Assembly: GCA_046329575.1 (NCBI GenBank)
Contig: JAXLUJ010000009.1
Location: 43,291-107,290 of the forward strand
From: Chitinophagales bacterium
GTDB taxonomy: Bacteria > Bacteroidota > Bacteroidia > Chitinophagales > LD1
Direction of reading: 5' to 3'
Length of the DNA stretch: 64,000 bases
In this document: positions 46,866-56,805 of the stretch, one piece after another
Position numbering within the stretch: the first letter of the stretch is position 1
Layout: each line of letters begins with the position of its first letter
Position numbers and translations under genes: made by a program
Notes under the pieces: model-generated
Database searches by the model: none
Told to the model about the DNA's origin: nothing
The model's input: only the letters and a program-made list of their open reading frames with translations

Positions 46866-47495
46866 ATGAAAACAATATTCAGCATCGCGCTAATTGCCAT
46901 TTCCCTCGGCGCTTCGGCATTCGATGGAACTATTAAGCAACAAGTGAAAAATTATAATGGCTCCGGAAATACATTTGATTATACCTGGTATTTCAGCAGC
47001 AAAGGACTTCGTTTTGATCTGGAATTTAACGGTAAGGATGGCAAAACCAACACGGTTTTTCTCACCGATGCACTGGTTTCTAAAATTCAGATGTATACTA
47101 TTGATGGAAAGGCATCGGAAAAACACATTTTCGATATCGAAACCTCAAAGGCCTCTGCAGATGTGCAAATAATTACTTCGCGCGCTACAGGCGAAAAGAA
47201 AGTGATTTCAGGTTACAATTGCGAGAAGTATGAAATTGTAACCAATACCACTAAGATAGAAAGCTGGATCACTAAAGACATTGCAGTGGATTGGACCAAT
47301 TATCAAAATCTGTTTAGAAACAGCCCGGAAGTATTGATGATGGCCCGTGAAGGCATTAAAGGCTTTTCATTGGAATCGAACTCTGCAAACGGGCAGAATG
47401 CTATATCATTAACTAAGGTGATAGCTGGAAGTCCGGCTGAATCGGTATTCAGCATTCCAGCCGGTTATACCCCTTTCTATACCAACAATAAATAA
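46866..47495 (+). CDS. DUF4412-like secreted protein
   Basis: 209-aa ORF with a signal peptide. Overall pattern: FDGTIKQQVKNY...GYNCEKYEIV...GFSLES...IPAGYTP. Confidence 0.6.
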   Translation: MKTIFSIALIAISLGASAFDGTIKQQVKNYNGSGNTFDYTWYFSSKGLRFDLEFNGKDGKTNTVFLTDALVSKIQMYTIDGKASEKHIFDIETSKASADVQIITSRATGEKKVISGYNCEKYEIVTNTTKIESWITKDIAVDWTNYQNLFRNSPEVLMMAREGIKGFSLESNSANGQNAISLTKVIAGSPAESVFSIPAGYTPFYTNNK

Positions 47496-47507
47496 CGGCC
47501 GAAAGGC

Positions 47508-48116
47508 ATGCTTAGTTTTTTGTTGATCGGTTTCACCGTGGTGGTGTCGTTTGCGGCCTTCCAGCAACCGGAATGGTTCGACCGCCTTTGCGGCTGGCCA
47601 TTCCGAACCAATCATTATAAAGAATGGTGGCGGCTGATTTCAGGAGGATTCATTCATGCCGATGTGCCGCATCTGTTTTTCAATATGGTGTCCTTCTACT
47701 TCTTCGGAAGAGTGGTAGAAATTTATTTTACGATCTATTTGCCAAAAATCGGCGCAGTAGGCTTTGTGCTTTTCTACCTCATCGCAATAGTGGTGGCTAA
47801 CATTCCCGATATGATCACACACCGCGATAACTATGGCTATAGATCAGTTGGAGCATCAGGAGGCGTAGCGGCAGTGCTGTTCGCTTCTATCATTTTTGAT
47901 CCGTGGAATCGTATTGGCTTTTTTATTCCAGACCTCGAACTACCCGGAATATTTTTTGCACCCTTGTATCTGGCTTTATCATTTTATATGGCAAAACGCG
48001 GTACCGATAACATCGGGCATGTGGCTCACATTACCGGTGCCGTTTTTGGCTTTGTATTTCCATTATTGATCAAACCTTCGCTATTTAATCGTTTTGTCGA
48101 ATTATTGTTTTCATGA
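47508..48116 (+). CDS. Rhomboid-family intramembrane serine protease
   Basis: 202-aa ORF with WWRLISGGFIHADVPHLFFNM, the catalytic GASGGVAAVLF and HVAHITGAVFG. Confidence 0.85.
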   Translation: MLSFLLIGFTVVVSFAAFQQPEWFDRLCGWPFRTNHYKEWWRLISGGFIHADVPHLFFNMVSFYFFGRVVEIYFTIYLPKIGAVGFVLFYLIAIVVANIPDMITHRDNYGYRSVGASGGVAAVLFASIIFDPWNRIGFFIPDLELPGIFFAPLYLALSFYMAKRGTDNIGHVAHITGAVFGFVFPLLIKPSLFNRFVELLFS

Positions 48117-49126
48117 TCATTGACCTTCGCAGCGATACCGTAACCAAACCATCTGCCGCAATGCTGCAAGCCATGATGGCTGCAGAAGTTGGTGATGATG
48201 TTTTTGCCGAAGATCCTACAGTAAAACGGTTAGAAGAAAAAACGGCCGCCATGTTTGGGATGGAGGCCGGTTTGTTTTGCCCTTCAGGAACTATGACCAA
48301 TCAAATTGCTGTGAAAGTAAATACTCAGCCCTTAGATGAGGTGATTGGCGATAAGCTTTGTCATATCTATAATTATGAAACCGGAGGGGTGGCCTTTCAT
48401 TCGGGCGCCAGTATGCGCCTTACGGAATGCGATCGCGGGATCATGACCCCCGATGCCATTGCGCAGTGTATACTTCCCGATAACGACTGGTACGCTAATA
48501 CCAGATTGGTTTGTATAGAGAATACCGTAAACAAAGGTGGTGGTGCGGTGTATAGCCTGGCTGCGATGAAGGAAATCAGTCACTTTTGCAGCCAAAAGAA
48601 TTTGAAATTACATTTAGATGGGGCTAGAATATTCAACGCGCTTGCAGCCATTCAGCAGCAGCCAATCGCTTTAAAAGGGCTGTTTGAAACAATTTCTGTA
48701 TGTCTATCGAAGGGATTAGGCGCGCCGGCCGGTTCAGTGCTCTTAGGAAGCGCTGAGTTAATAAAAAAGGCACGGAAAATCAGGAAAGTGATGGGAGGTG
48801 GCATGCGCCAATCGGGAATTTTAGCGGCTGCAGGAATTTACGCACTCGATAATAACGTTACACGCTTGTGGCAGGATCATGATCATGCGCAAAAAATTGC
48901 CGGTATGGTAAAGAAAATCGATTGGGTAAGAAGTGTACTTCCAGTAGAAACCAACATCGTAATTTTTGAAGTAGACAACGCGGCTAAACGTACTGCCGAA
49001 TTCGAAGAAGTTGGCATTAAAGTATCGCCATTTTCATCAACTCATGTAAGAATGGTGACGCATCTCGACTTTTCCAGTGAAATGCTGCTGCAACTGGAAA
49101 GCCGCCTGGGAAAGTGGATGGCTTAA
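48113..49126 (+). CDS. ltaE: Low-specificity L-threonine aldolase
   Basis: 337-aa ORF with DLRSDTVTKPSAAMLQAMMAAEVGDDVFAEDPTV and CPSGTMTNQIA. The PLP-lysine region is VCLSKGLGAPAGS. Confidence 0.9.
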   Translation: MIIDLRSDTVTKPSAAMLQAMMAAEVGDDVFAEDPTVKRLEEKTAAMFGMEAGLFCPSGTMTNQIAVKVNTQPLDEVIGDKLCHIYNYETGGVAFHSGASMRLTECDRGIMTPDAIAQCILPDNDWYANTRLVCIENTVNKGGGAVYSLAAMKEISHFCSQKNLKLHLDGARIFNALAAIQQQPIALKGLFETISVCLSKGLGAPAGSVLLGSAELIKKARKIRKVMGGGMRQSGILAAAGIYALDNNVTRLWQDHDHAQKIAGMVKKIDWVRSVLPVETNIVIFEVDNAAKRTAEFEEVGIKVSPFSSTHVRMVTHLDFSSEMLLQLESRLGKWMA

Positions 49127-49776
49127 CGGTCGTAGTCGTATAACGTATAACCGGTTTCAATACCAGAATGCGATTCACGGATAACTCTGCCCTGGTCATC
49201 GAATTGATACACATACTTTGTAACTCCTGCCGATGTGGTCTTGGTTTGAACCAGATTCTTGCTGCATTTTCCGTTTAATGGCATATCGCCCAAACAGCGC
49301 GTATCGATCTTATCGGTAAAATAAGTATAGGAAACCACAGCGCCTTCCATTTGTTGTTTCTTCAAATTACCATCTTCATAAGTGGCATTGAACACAGCCA
49401 CATTGCCACTGAATTTTTTTGTAAGATGACCTTCTGCATCATAATAAAAACGTTCATTCAAACTATTAGAAGTGGCCAGCCCGTTTTCAATAGTATAAGT
49501 TACTATGCTTGCAGTGCCGCTGATCGAGTCAACATGGTACATTTTGATTACCGGTCCTGCATATTCGTAGTTGTTGCGGTATTTACTGCTTCTTACCTCT
49601 GAAATTCGATGGAGTTCATCATACTTATAAGCTACGATTTCGCCATCCATATCAGCCGTACTTCTAATGAAAGCCGGTTCAGGAAGTGCTGGCGTTACTG
49701 CACTTTCTTTTTTACAGGAATACAAAAAGCAGAACGATACGATGGAAGCGAATAACGCGAGGGTAAATTTTTGCAT
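49123..49776 (-). CDS. Hypothetical lipoprotein with YD-like repeat flavour
   Basis: I chose the ATG at 49776 (MQKFTLALFASIVSFCFLYSCKKE). Repeated Y-x-Y-D/E-x-x-G segments are present. It is convergent with ltaE and overlaps it by 4 nt. Confidence 0.55.
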   Translation of the reverse strand: MQKFTLALFASIVSFCFLYSCKKESAVTPALPEPAFIRSTADMDGEIVAYKYDELHRISEVRSSKYRNNYEYAGPVIKMYHVDSISGTASIVTYTIENGLATSNSLNERFYYDAEGHLTKKFSGNVAVFNATYEDGNLKKQQMEGAVVSYTYFTDKIDTRCLGDMPLNGKCSKNLVQTKTTSAGVTKYVYQFDDQGRVIRESHSGIETGYTLYDYDR

Positions 49777-49877
49777 AGTGAGAAAATCTAATATTATAGG
49801 AGGCATTACGTTCTTCTAACAAAATAGTTTCATTCTTACCTACGCGATTTTTGGAAGAAATGAATTTTCTTTACCGA

Positions 49878-50612
49878 ATGAATGTGAGCGTAAATAAATA
49901 CATCAGCGATAGCGGATTTTGCAGCCGCCGGGAAGCTGATAAGATCATTGAACAAGCGCGGGTGAGCATCAATGGCAACGTGGTACTGAAAGGCGCTCGT
50001 GTTCAGGAGGGCGATGTAGTGGAGGTAGACGGGGAACCGATTCGTAAAAAGAAACGCGCGGTTTACATCGCTTTTAATAAGCCGAAAGGAGTAACCTGCA
50101 CTACCGATAGAAATGACAGAACGAACATCATTGATTTTATTAATTACAAATCCCGCATTTTTCCCGTTGGCCGATTGGATAAATTGTCAGATGGATTGAT
50201 TTTTCTTACTAACGATGGTGATATCGTGAATAAGATTTTACGCGCCGGCAATCACCATGAAAAAGAATATGTAGTGAATGTAGATAAACCCGTTACGGCC
50301 GAGTTCATACACCAACTTCGCAATGGTGTTAGAATTTCACCGGGTGCGCTTACCAAAAAGTGCATCGCAAGTAAAGAGGGGCCCAAAAGGTTTCGCATCA
50401 CCTTGCAACAAGGGTTGAACCGGCAGATCCGGCGCATGTGCGAGGCGCTGGGCTACAGGGTGGAAACGCTCACCAGAGTGCGCATCATGCATATTAGTTT
50501 GCGTGGCATTGCCCCGGGCACCTGGCGTTATTTCACCGCTCAGGAAATTTCAGAAATGGAAGAATTACTGAAGCATTCCGTAAAAGGAGAGGAGGGGAGT
50601 TGGGAAGAATAA
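49878..50612 (+). CDS. rluF: RsuA/RluF-family rRNA pseudouridine synthase
   Basis: S4 domain (NKYISDSGFCSRREADKII) plus the catalytic motif FPVGRLDKLSDGLIFLTNDG. The start is ambiguous (TTG 49851, ATG 49860 or ATG 49878). Confidence 0.8.
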   Translation: MNVSVNKYISDSGFCSRREADKIIEQARVSINGNVVLKGARVQEGDVVEVDGEPIRKKKRAVYIAFNKPKGVTCTTDRNDRTNIIDFINYKSRIFPVGRLDKLSDGLIFLTNDGDIVNKILRAGNHHEKEYVVNVDKPVTAEFIHQLRNGVRISPGALTKKCIASKEGPKRFRITLQQGLNRQIRRMCEALGYRVETLTRVRIMHISLRGIAPGTWRYFTAQEISEMEELLKHSVKGEEGSWEE

Positions 50613-51848
50613 TCAGGCCTTCCGAAGTGTAATCTCCGTGATCTCCGGCAAAATGCCTACACGGCCCGGATAAAAAAGGAAACCGAAGCCGCGGTTCACA
50701 TAAATATACTGTTTGCCTTCCTGATACAGCCCGGCCCATTGTTTGTACACCCATTGCGAAGGCGACCATTTCACAAAACGATTTTCAACACCAAATTGGA
50801 AGCCGTGTGTATGCCCGCTTAGCATCAAATCGATATCGGGATATTCCGGCCGAACCTGCGCATCCCAATGCGAAGGATCATGACTCAACAAGATTTTGAA
50901 AGGTATTTCTTCCGTTCCTTTATGCGCTACGTCTAATTTCCCGTAGCGTGGAAAGTGAAGCGCATGGCCCCAGTTCTCGATTCCGATGATGGCAATCTTT
51001 TCTCCATTTCGTTCTAAAACACGATGTTCATTCATCAGAATATCCCATCCCATTTCCTTGTGAACATTTACCAGATCAGCAAAATTTTGCTTTTTTTCTT
51101 CGGCCGTGTCCCATTGCACATAATCGCCATAATCGTGATTGCCTGTGGTTGAAAAAACTCCGTCCTTCGCGCGAAGTTTTCCGAAAATTTCTTTGTAAGG
51201 CAACACTTCAGGAGTGGTGTTGTTCACCAAATCACCGGTAAAAAAGATGGCATCCGCCTTGCGGTCGTTGATCATTTGTACGGCATCAATCAATGGTTGC
51301 GTACGTGTAAAACTGCCGGAATGAATATCGCTAATCTGAATGAAGCGATAACCGTCAAATGCGTCGGGTAAATTCGGGAATTTAATGGTGAGTTTTCGCA
51401 ACTGATAATTGTAAGCATTCACCACTACACCGTAAAGCAAGCCCAGAAACGGTACTGCCGCTACTCCCATAGCCACTTTGCTTAAAAAAGCAGAGCGCGA
51501 CATTCCTCCATTACTAACAGCTGATTTTGAAGTGAATGCCCATGCGCCTAAACGGTAAATATCTCCAAAAACCAGGAATAGGAAGACCACCAGTTTGGCC
51601 AGCAACAGCATCATGAAAATGGCAGAAGTGTACATGAAAACCACCTTCAAATCACTTTTATATCCACCCAGACGGTAAATCGGAAAACACAGGTATAGCA
51701 ACACATTCACTACTAAAAAGCCAATCTGTAACGAACTAAAACGAGAACCATCGCGTGGGGGCGATACCAGGCGTAATGCCTGGAAAAAATAATACTCGGC
51801 TGCAACCAATACGGTTAAAATCAGCAATGGAACTAATATGCGACCCAT
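50613..51848 (-). CDS. Membrane-anchored metallophosphoesterase (YkuE-like)
   Basis: 411-aa ORF with 4-5 N-terminal TM helices. Motifs are ISDIHSG, FTGDLVN, GNHDYG and LSGHTHG. Confidence 0.85.
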   Translation of the reverse strand: MGRILVPLLILTVLVAAEYYFFQALRLVSPPRDGSRFSSLQIGFLVVNVLLYLCFPIYRLGGYKSDLKVVFMYTSAIFMMLLLAKLVVFLFLVFGDIYRLGAWAFTSKSAVSNGGMSRSAFLSKVAMGVAAVPFLGLLYGVVVNAYNYQLRKLTIKFPNLPDAFDGYRFIQISDIHSGSFTRTQPLIDAVQMINDRKADAIFFTGDLVNNTTPEVLPYKEIFGKLRAKDGVFSTTGNHDYGDYVQWDTAEEKKQNFADLVNVHKEMGWDILMNEHRVLERNGEKIAIIGIENWGHALHFPRYGKLDVAHKGTEEIPFKILLSHDPSHWDAQVRPEYPDIDLMLSGHTHGFQFGVENRFVKWSPSQWVYKQWAGLYQEGKQYIYVNRGFGFLFYPGRVGILPEITEITLRKA

Positions 51849-51908
51849 TAATTTTTATTATGGTGACGAAAGTAGTTGAAAAACATTGTAGCCTGCCTTG
51901 TTTTTCCT

Positions 51909-54143
51909 TTACTTCTTCTTCAATTCTGCTTTTTTAAGTTGGGTAATTTTCAAATTGTTTTTGGCCAGTTCATAACCCGGATTAACCTGAAGCGCACGCC
52001 TGCAGGCTTTTTCGGCCTCATCAAATTGCTGAAGGGCATTGTAGCTGGCACACAAATTATTGAGCGCCACTATTTGATTGCTGTCAATTCGCAAGGCTGC
52101 TTTACAAAGTGAAACACATTTTCCAAAATCGCCTTGATTATAAGCTTCCAAACTTTGATTTACCATGGTAACAATCAATGTGGTAGCATTTGCCGCTCCT
52201 GCTTCGTCAACTATTCCTTTCAAATTTTTGAGCCGCATGGCTACAGGTGGATCGTTTGGATTTACCGCCAAATATTTTTCATAGAAGTAAGCCGCGCTTT
52301 TGTCATTTCTTTTGAAATCGTAAGCTATAGCTTCTTGTTTTAAAGCGGTAATATTTTGAGGTTGCACCAGCAAAACACTATCACAAAGCGCTATGGCGCC
52401 ATCATAATCTTTGGCGTAGTTCAATGCTTCTGCGCAAATAGCTTTGTTTTCAGGATGCGGATTTCGGTTCAACAGATTGTTCACGGCTATTTTAATTCCT
52501 TCGGGGCTTTCCAGCCGATAGTTATGATATACAGCAGCCAAGGGTACGCCGCCTGCCTTTTCCTCATAAACCGTATTGATTGGCGGCCATTTTTCAAAAA
52601 GCTTATTGTCGTATTTGCATGCAGCCGTAAGCAATATCGAATAGTCCCAATCCAATGAATTTTCTATGGCTGCTACATATTTGTAATTGGGAACACGCAT
52701 CAAAAAGTATTCGCTACTGCTTTGTGAGCCATAATACACTCTCACGCGAACCGGGTGTTGAGCATCAGGGTGGCTGTGTTGCTGAATATAATCTACGCAA
52801 GCTTTTAAACAGTTGCCATAGTAATCGGTTTCGTATTTTCCCCAAGCCGCTTTCACACCGCCAAAAACCGGATTGAAATAACACATCTCATTTGGATGGT
52901 TGGCCGTAATCCAAACAATCGGTTCTATAAAAAATACAAGGAAGAGCGCTGCTATGCTGTAATTGCGCCATTTCGTTTTTGGAATTTCCAAAAGTAGGGT
53001 TTCCCAAACCATGGCAAAACAGATTAATGCCACACAGTAAAGAAAAAAGAAGTGTCGGCCATCGTGAGGAAAATACGATCCTTTAATAATCGAAATGGCA
53101 AGCGGCGCAAATGAAATTAATCCAATTAAACCCATTACTACTTTTTGGCGCGATAACACCAATACCAGCGGGAAAAGAAATGCACTCAAAACTACGAATA
53201 CCGGATTCCCTATAGCCTCCCAAACTAAAATGTAGTTCCACGGTTCGTCTTTATTGCTCACATGACGGCCGTCGTATAAATCATAAGAATTGAAGACATT
53301 GAAGTTGGAAAGCGTTTTTAACGAACGCAAAGGAACCTGCCACGGATCGGTTTGCGCATAAGGCCACAGCAGCGAAATGCCATAGTAGGCGATTATAATT
53401 CCAGCTACTACAGCTACGCCGCTCAGCGCTATATTTAAATTGGAAAGCGCAGCGCCATTTCGTTTGAGTTCCATCCATTTCACAGCCGTGAAAATGAACA
53501 GCCAAATGAATAGTGTTAATCCTGAGATCCGTACATCACATGCCAACGTTGCCGCAACAAGCATCGCCACTAACCAGTGCCATTTCAGGGCAGGTAACGA
53601 TTTATACCATTTCACCAGAAAAAATACCGATAACACATAAAGCCCAGCAAATGGTATATCCTTCGGATTGTTGCTTAGATGACCGATTAGCCGTGGCGAA
53701 CAGCAGCCCATTAAAAGCGTTATAAGACCGGCCCGCCAACCGCCAATTTCAACCGCCGTTAATCCTGCAAAAAGTATTGCCGTAAATCCGAAAAGAAAAA
53801 TCAGATAATGCCGCTGAACAAATAAATCGGTTTCATTAAAATTTCGATGAACAGTTTGCGCCAGTAAATCGAAAGCGCCGGGAAATACATTCATTCCACG
53901 CAAATCTTTTTCACCTTCAAAAGCGGTGATCAGTTCGCCTTTATCATTATAAGGAGAAAGTTGCGCGGCCTTGCTTTTACCGGAATAGAAATCATATAAA
54001 ATCCAACCGTGAGAGGCGTGTAGCGCATCGTCAAAGTTTAATCCATAGTTGCCTACGCGCGCCAGGCCTATCAAAAAGAACAAACTGGCTACCAACCAAA
54101 ACGCGCGTTTATAATAGAGTGAAATCGTTTCTTGAATTGACAT
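51909..54143 (-). CDS. GT39/ArnT-like membrane glycosyltransferase fused to C-terminal TPR repeats
   Basis: 744-aa ORF with about 11 TM segments and an early DD/DA loop (GLNFDDALHA). The C-terminal ~220 aa has TPR-like A/Y/N periodicity. Confidence 0.7.
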   Translation of the reverse strand: MSIQETISLYYKRAFWLVASLFFLIGLARVGNYGLNFDDALHASHGWILYDFYSGKSKAAQLSPYNDKGELITAFEGEKDLRGMNVFPGAFDLLAQTVHRNFNETDLFVQRHYLIFLFGFTAILFAGLTAVEIGGWRAGLITLLMGCCSPRLIGHLSNNPKDIPFAGLYVLSVFFLVKWYKSLPALKWHWLVAMLVAATLACDVRISGLTLFIWLFIFTAVKWMELKRNGAALSNLNIALSGVAVVAGIIIAYYGISLLWPYAQTDPWQVPLRSLKTLSNFNVFNSYDLYDGRHVSNKDEPWNYILVWEAIGNPVFVVLSAFLFPLVLVLSRQKVVMGLIGLISFAPLAISIIKGSYFPHDGRHFFFLYCVALICFAMVWETLLLEIPKTKWRNYSIAALFLVFFIEPIVWITANHPNEMCYFNPVFGGVKAAWGKYETDYYGNCLKACVDYIQQHSHPDAQHPVRVRVYYGSQSSSEYFLMRVPNYKYVAAIENSLDWDYSILLTAACKYDNKLFEKWPPINTVYEEKAGGVPLAAVYHNYRLESPEGIKIAVNNLLNRNPHPENKAICAEALNYAKDYDGAIALCDSVLLVQPQNITALKQEAIAYDFKRNDKSAAYFYEKYLAVNPNDPPVAMRLKNLKGIVDEAGAANATTLIVTMVNQSLEAYNQGDFGKCVSLCKAALRIDSNQIVALNNLCASYNALQQFDEAEKACRRALQVNPGYELAKNNLKITQLKKAELKKK

Positions 54144-54168
54144 GAATGGCTGCTGTTTTTGTTATCGG

Positions 54169-55161
54169 TTATGGAAGATCCACATCCAGGATCCACGGAT
54201 TAAATACTTGCGATAGGAAGAGCTTTTTTCGATACACTAAGCCCGTAGCACAGGCGCTTATCGCTTCGCCGTTGTTGAAATAAACAATTTGAGGTTCTCC
54301 TCCCGAAGGTGAAATTCGGTAAATCAGCGATGGGGAGATTTTTGAACTGTCTTTCATGTGGTTTATAAAGGCCATGAACTTAGGATGACAGGCAACAATT
54401 AGGTCGCCGCCATCTAAACGGATATTATCAGGCCCCTTCACATGTGCCAGTATTTTCTGGTCGGTTAGTTTTCCATTTTTGAACTGGTAACTGCATACAT
54501 AATTGCCAGTGGTGGAGGCATGATAAACCGTATTTCCTTTGATGGTGATACCATTGCCGAAAGCAATCTTTTCGGCAGCTATGGTAACACTATCGCGGCA
54601 CCAATACACAATAGTTGCCTTCTTTTGTTTAAACAGCATTTCAGATGTACTGCCGCGCGTTCCCAAATCGTTACTAACTAAAAAACTACCATCAGCTAAT
54701 CCGGCTACTGCATTGGGCGAATTGAAAAGCGGATGTGTGATTTCTTCCAAAAAATAAAGTTCATTCTCCCGCACTTCATAACGGATGATGCTGTTCTTTT
54801 TTGCGGCATCGTTATGTGAAATCACCAGGAGTTGCTCTTGTTTTCCCACCAAAACAGCATCTATACCATGCGGATGAAATACCATTCCGGCGGGTTCATT
54901 GGTTCTGGGCAGTTCATGCGTTTCATGAGTGGCCGGATCATAAGTGTAAATGCCCGCTTTTTTTACTTCTGTTTTTCGGCGCGCATCGCACGATATCAGT
55001 ATCCGGAACTTTGCGGCAACGGTGTCTAAAACCAGATCTTCAGGGCCATAGCCGCAATTTGCCCGAAAGTAAGGGTATCTGGTTTCTGATGGTAATGAAA
55101 CGCAGCCTTGCAAGGCAAGCAGGAGAAGGCTATACCAAACCGAATTTAGCTTTAATCGCAT
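54169..55161 (-). CDS. Beta-propeller lipoprotein, SMP-30/arylesterase (paraoxonase)-like
   Basis: 330-aa ORF with the lipobox LALQGC. GPEDLVLD, HPHGID, NSPNAVAG, FGNGITI and GPDNIRLD recur at propeller-blade spacing. Confidence 0.5.
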   Translation of the reverse strand: MRLKLNSVWYSLLLLALQGCVSLPSETRYPYFRANCGYGPEDLVLDTVAAKFRILISCDARRKTEVKKAGIYTYDPATHETHELPRTNEPAGMVFHPHGIDAVLVGKQEQLLVISHNDAAKKNSIIRYEVRENELYFLEEITHPLFNSPNAVAGLADGSFLVSNDLGTRGSTSEMLFKQKKATIVYWCRDSVTIAAEKIAFGNGITIKGNTVYHASTTGNYVCSYQFKNGKLTDQKILAHVKGPDNIRLDGGDLIVACHPKFMAFINHMKDSSKISPSLIYRISPSGGEPQIVYFNNGEAISACATGLVYRKKLFLSQVFNPWILDVDLP

Positions 55162-55165
55162 CGCG

Positions 55166-56407
55166 TTAATTTTCTTCTAAAATAAATTTACGCAGCAAAT
55201 TCAAGGCGGTAATTGCTGACAGCCGGATGTTTTCCATCCTTCTGGGGAAAAAATGAAAAGTGTGAGTGTGTATCTTGTGGCGGTCGCCCACCGCAAAGCA
55301 AACGGTTCCTACCGGTTTTTCCGCACTGCCCCCATCAGGGCCTGCAATTCCGGAAATAGCCACGCCACAATCTGCCACTGAAATGCTGAGCAAACCCTCA
55401 AGCATTTCTTTTACGCATTTTTCGCTAACTGCGCCTTCTGTTTCCAGCGTTTCTTTTTTCACGCTTAAAATTTGCTGTTTCATTTCGTAAGAATAAGTTA
55501 CAGTGCTGCCTTCAAAGTATTTCGAACTTCCCGCCACAGCGGTTACCAAATGCCCGGCATAACCGCCGGTGCAGCTTTCGGCAAAGGCGAACTTTTTTCC
55601 TTTTTGAAGAAATAGCTTTCCTAAATACGCTTCCAGCGAAACATCTTCTTCAGCATAACTATACAAATGCAACAGTTGCTTTAGTTCGTTGAATTTATGC
55701 TCCAGAATCGCGCAAGTAGCCGCATCAGCATCATAGGCGCTCAACCGCAATTTCACCACGCCAAGATCTGGCAAATAGGCTAGCTTAATAGCTGCAGGTA
55801 GAGAAAGCTCAAAATTGGTAAGTAAATTCGCTATGGCCGACTCCCCAATTCCCACAGTCATGAGATTCCGGTGCACCACCTGTTGCAACACAAATTTTTT
55901 GGTTAAACGCGGAAGAACCCTGTCGGTCATCAGGTGTTTCATTTCATAAGGAACGCCGGGCATCGAAACAAATACCACACCGTTCACTTCAAACCACATT
56001 CCTGGAGCTGTGCCTCTGTCGTTTTCCAAAACGATGCAATTAGCCGGCACCAAGGCTTGTTTTCGATTGATTTCGAGAATTTCCCTGCCTCGTTTTTCAA
56101 AAATGAGGCGAAGCCGCTCAAACGTTGCCTCATGGAACACTTCCTCCACACCAAAATAATCGCAAAGGGTCTTGCGGGTAATATCATCTTTCGTAGGTCC
56201 TAAACCGCCGGTTATCAGCACTAGTTTCGATTGCCGGGCAGCCCGCTCTAACGCATTTTTGATATGGCCGGCATCATCGCCCACTGAAAGTATTTCATAC
56301 ACCCGAAATCCGGCGGCATTTAACTGCTGACCCATCCAAGCCGAATTGGTATCTACGGTTTGACCAATCAGAAGCTCATCGCCAATGGTGATAATGGTTG
56401 CGTTCAT
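55166..56407 (-). CDS. cinA: Competence/damage-inducible protein CinA (MoCF-binding plus PncC-type NMN amidohydrolase domains)
   Basis: I chose the ATG at 56407 (MNATIITIGDELLIGQTVDTNSAW). The C-terminal CinA domain has AESCTGG and GIAGPDGG. Confidence 0.9.
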   Translation of the reverse strand: MNATIITIGDELLIGQTVDTNSAWMGQQLNAAGFRVYEILSVGDDAGHIKNALERAARQSKLVLITGGLGPTKDDITRKTLCDYFGVEEVFHEATFERLRLIFEKRGREILEINRKQALVPANCIVLENDRGTAPGMWFEVNGVVFVSMPGVPYEMKHLMTDRVLPRLTKKFVLQQVVHRNLMTVGIGESAIANLLTNFELSLPAAIKLAYLPDLGVVKLRLSAYDADAATCAILEHKFNELKQLLHLYSYAEEDVSLEAYLGKLFLQKGKKFAFAESCTGGYAGHLVTAVAGSSKYFEGSTVTYSYEMKQQILSVKKETLETEGAVSEKCVKEMLEGLLSISVADCGVAISGIAGPDGGSAEKPVGTVCFAVGDRHKIHTHTFHFFPRRMENIRLSAITALNLLRKFILEEN

Positions 56408-56510
56408 CGCTAAAATTTGCCCAAAACAATATAAACCCATCAAAATACCTTCGGAAAATCCACACTTCCCCCGTATTTGAAAAAAGTGTTGCTTTTTTCG
56501 GAAGATTCGC

Positions 56511-56518
56511 TATTTTTG
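56511..56518 (+). promoter_or_regulatory. Candidate Bacteroidota -7 promoter box TATTTTTG upstream of rpsU
   Basis: Matches the TAnnTTTG consensus, 23 nt before the rpsU ATG. There is no clean -33 TTTG at canonical spacing. Confidence 0.3.
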
Positions 56519-56540
56519 CCGTCCAAAATAAAAACATCGT

Positions 56541-56735
56541 ATGCTGATTATTGACACACGCGAATCGGAATCATTGGACAGAGCGCTGAAAAAGTACAAG
56601 AAAAAGTACGAAAAGGCGGGTATTCTGCGTGAACTCCGTGGCCGTCAAACTTTCATAAAGCCATCCGTTAAACGCCGCAGTGAGGTGTTGAAGGCTGCTT
56701 ACGCGCAGAAAATGAAATCCTCAGGCGAAGAATAG
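56541..56735 (+). CDS. rpsU: 30S ribosomal protein S21
   Basis: 64-aa basic ORF with ESLDRALKKYKKKYEKAGILRELRGRQTFIKPSVKRR. Confidence 0.95.
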   Translation: MLIIDTRESESLDRALKKYKKKYEKAGILRELRGRQTFIKPSVKRRSEVLKAAYAQKMKSSGEE

Positions 56736-56760
56736 TTCAATTCTTCATTTCAAAATATTA

Positions 56761-56787
56761 AAGCTCCGCAGGTCGGGGCTTTTTTTG
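56761..56787 (+). terminator. Rho-independent terminator (probably bidirectional) between rpsU and the convergent OmpA-family gene
   Basis: AAGCTCCG-CAGGT-CGGGGCTT followed by a T run. The complement is followed by TTTAATATTTT. Confidence 0.6.
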
Positions 56788-56805
56788 TTTCCGGCTGTTA
56801 GAAGG

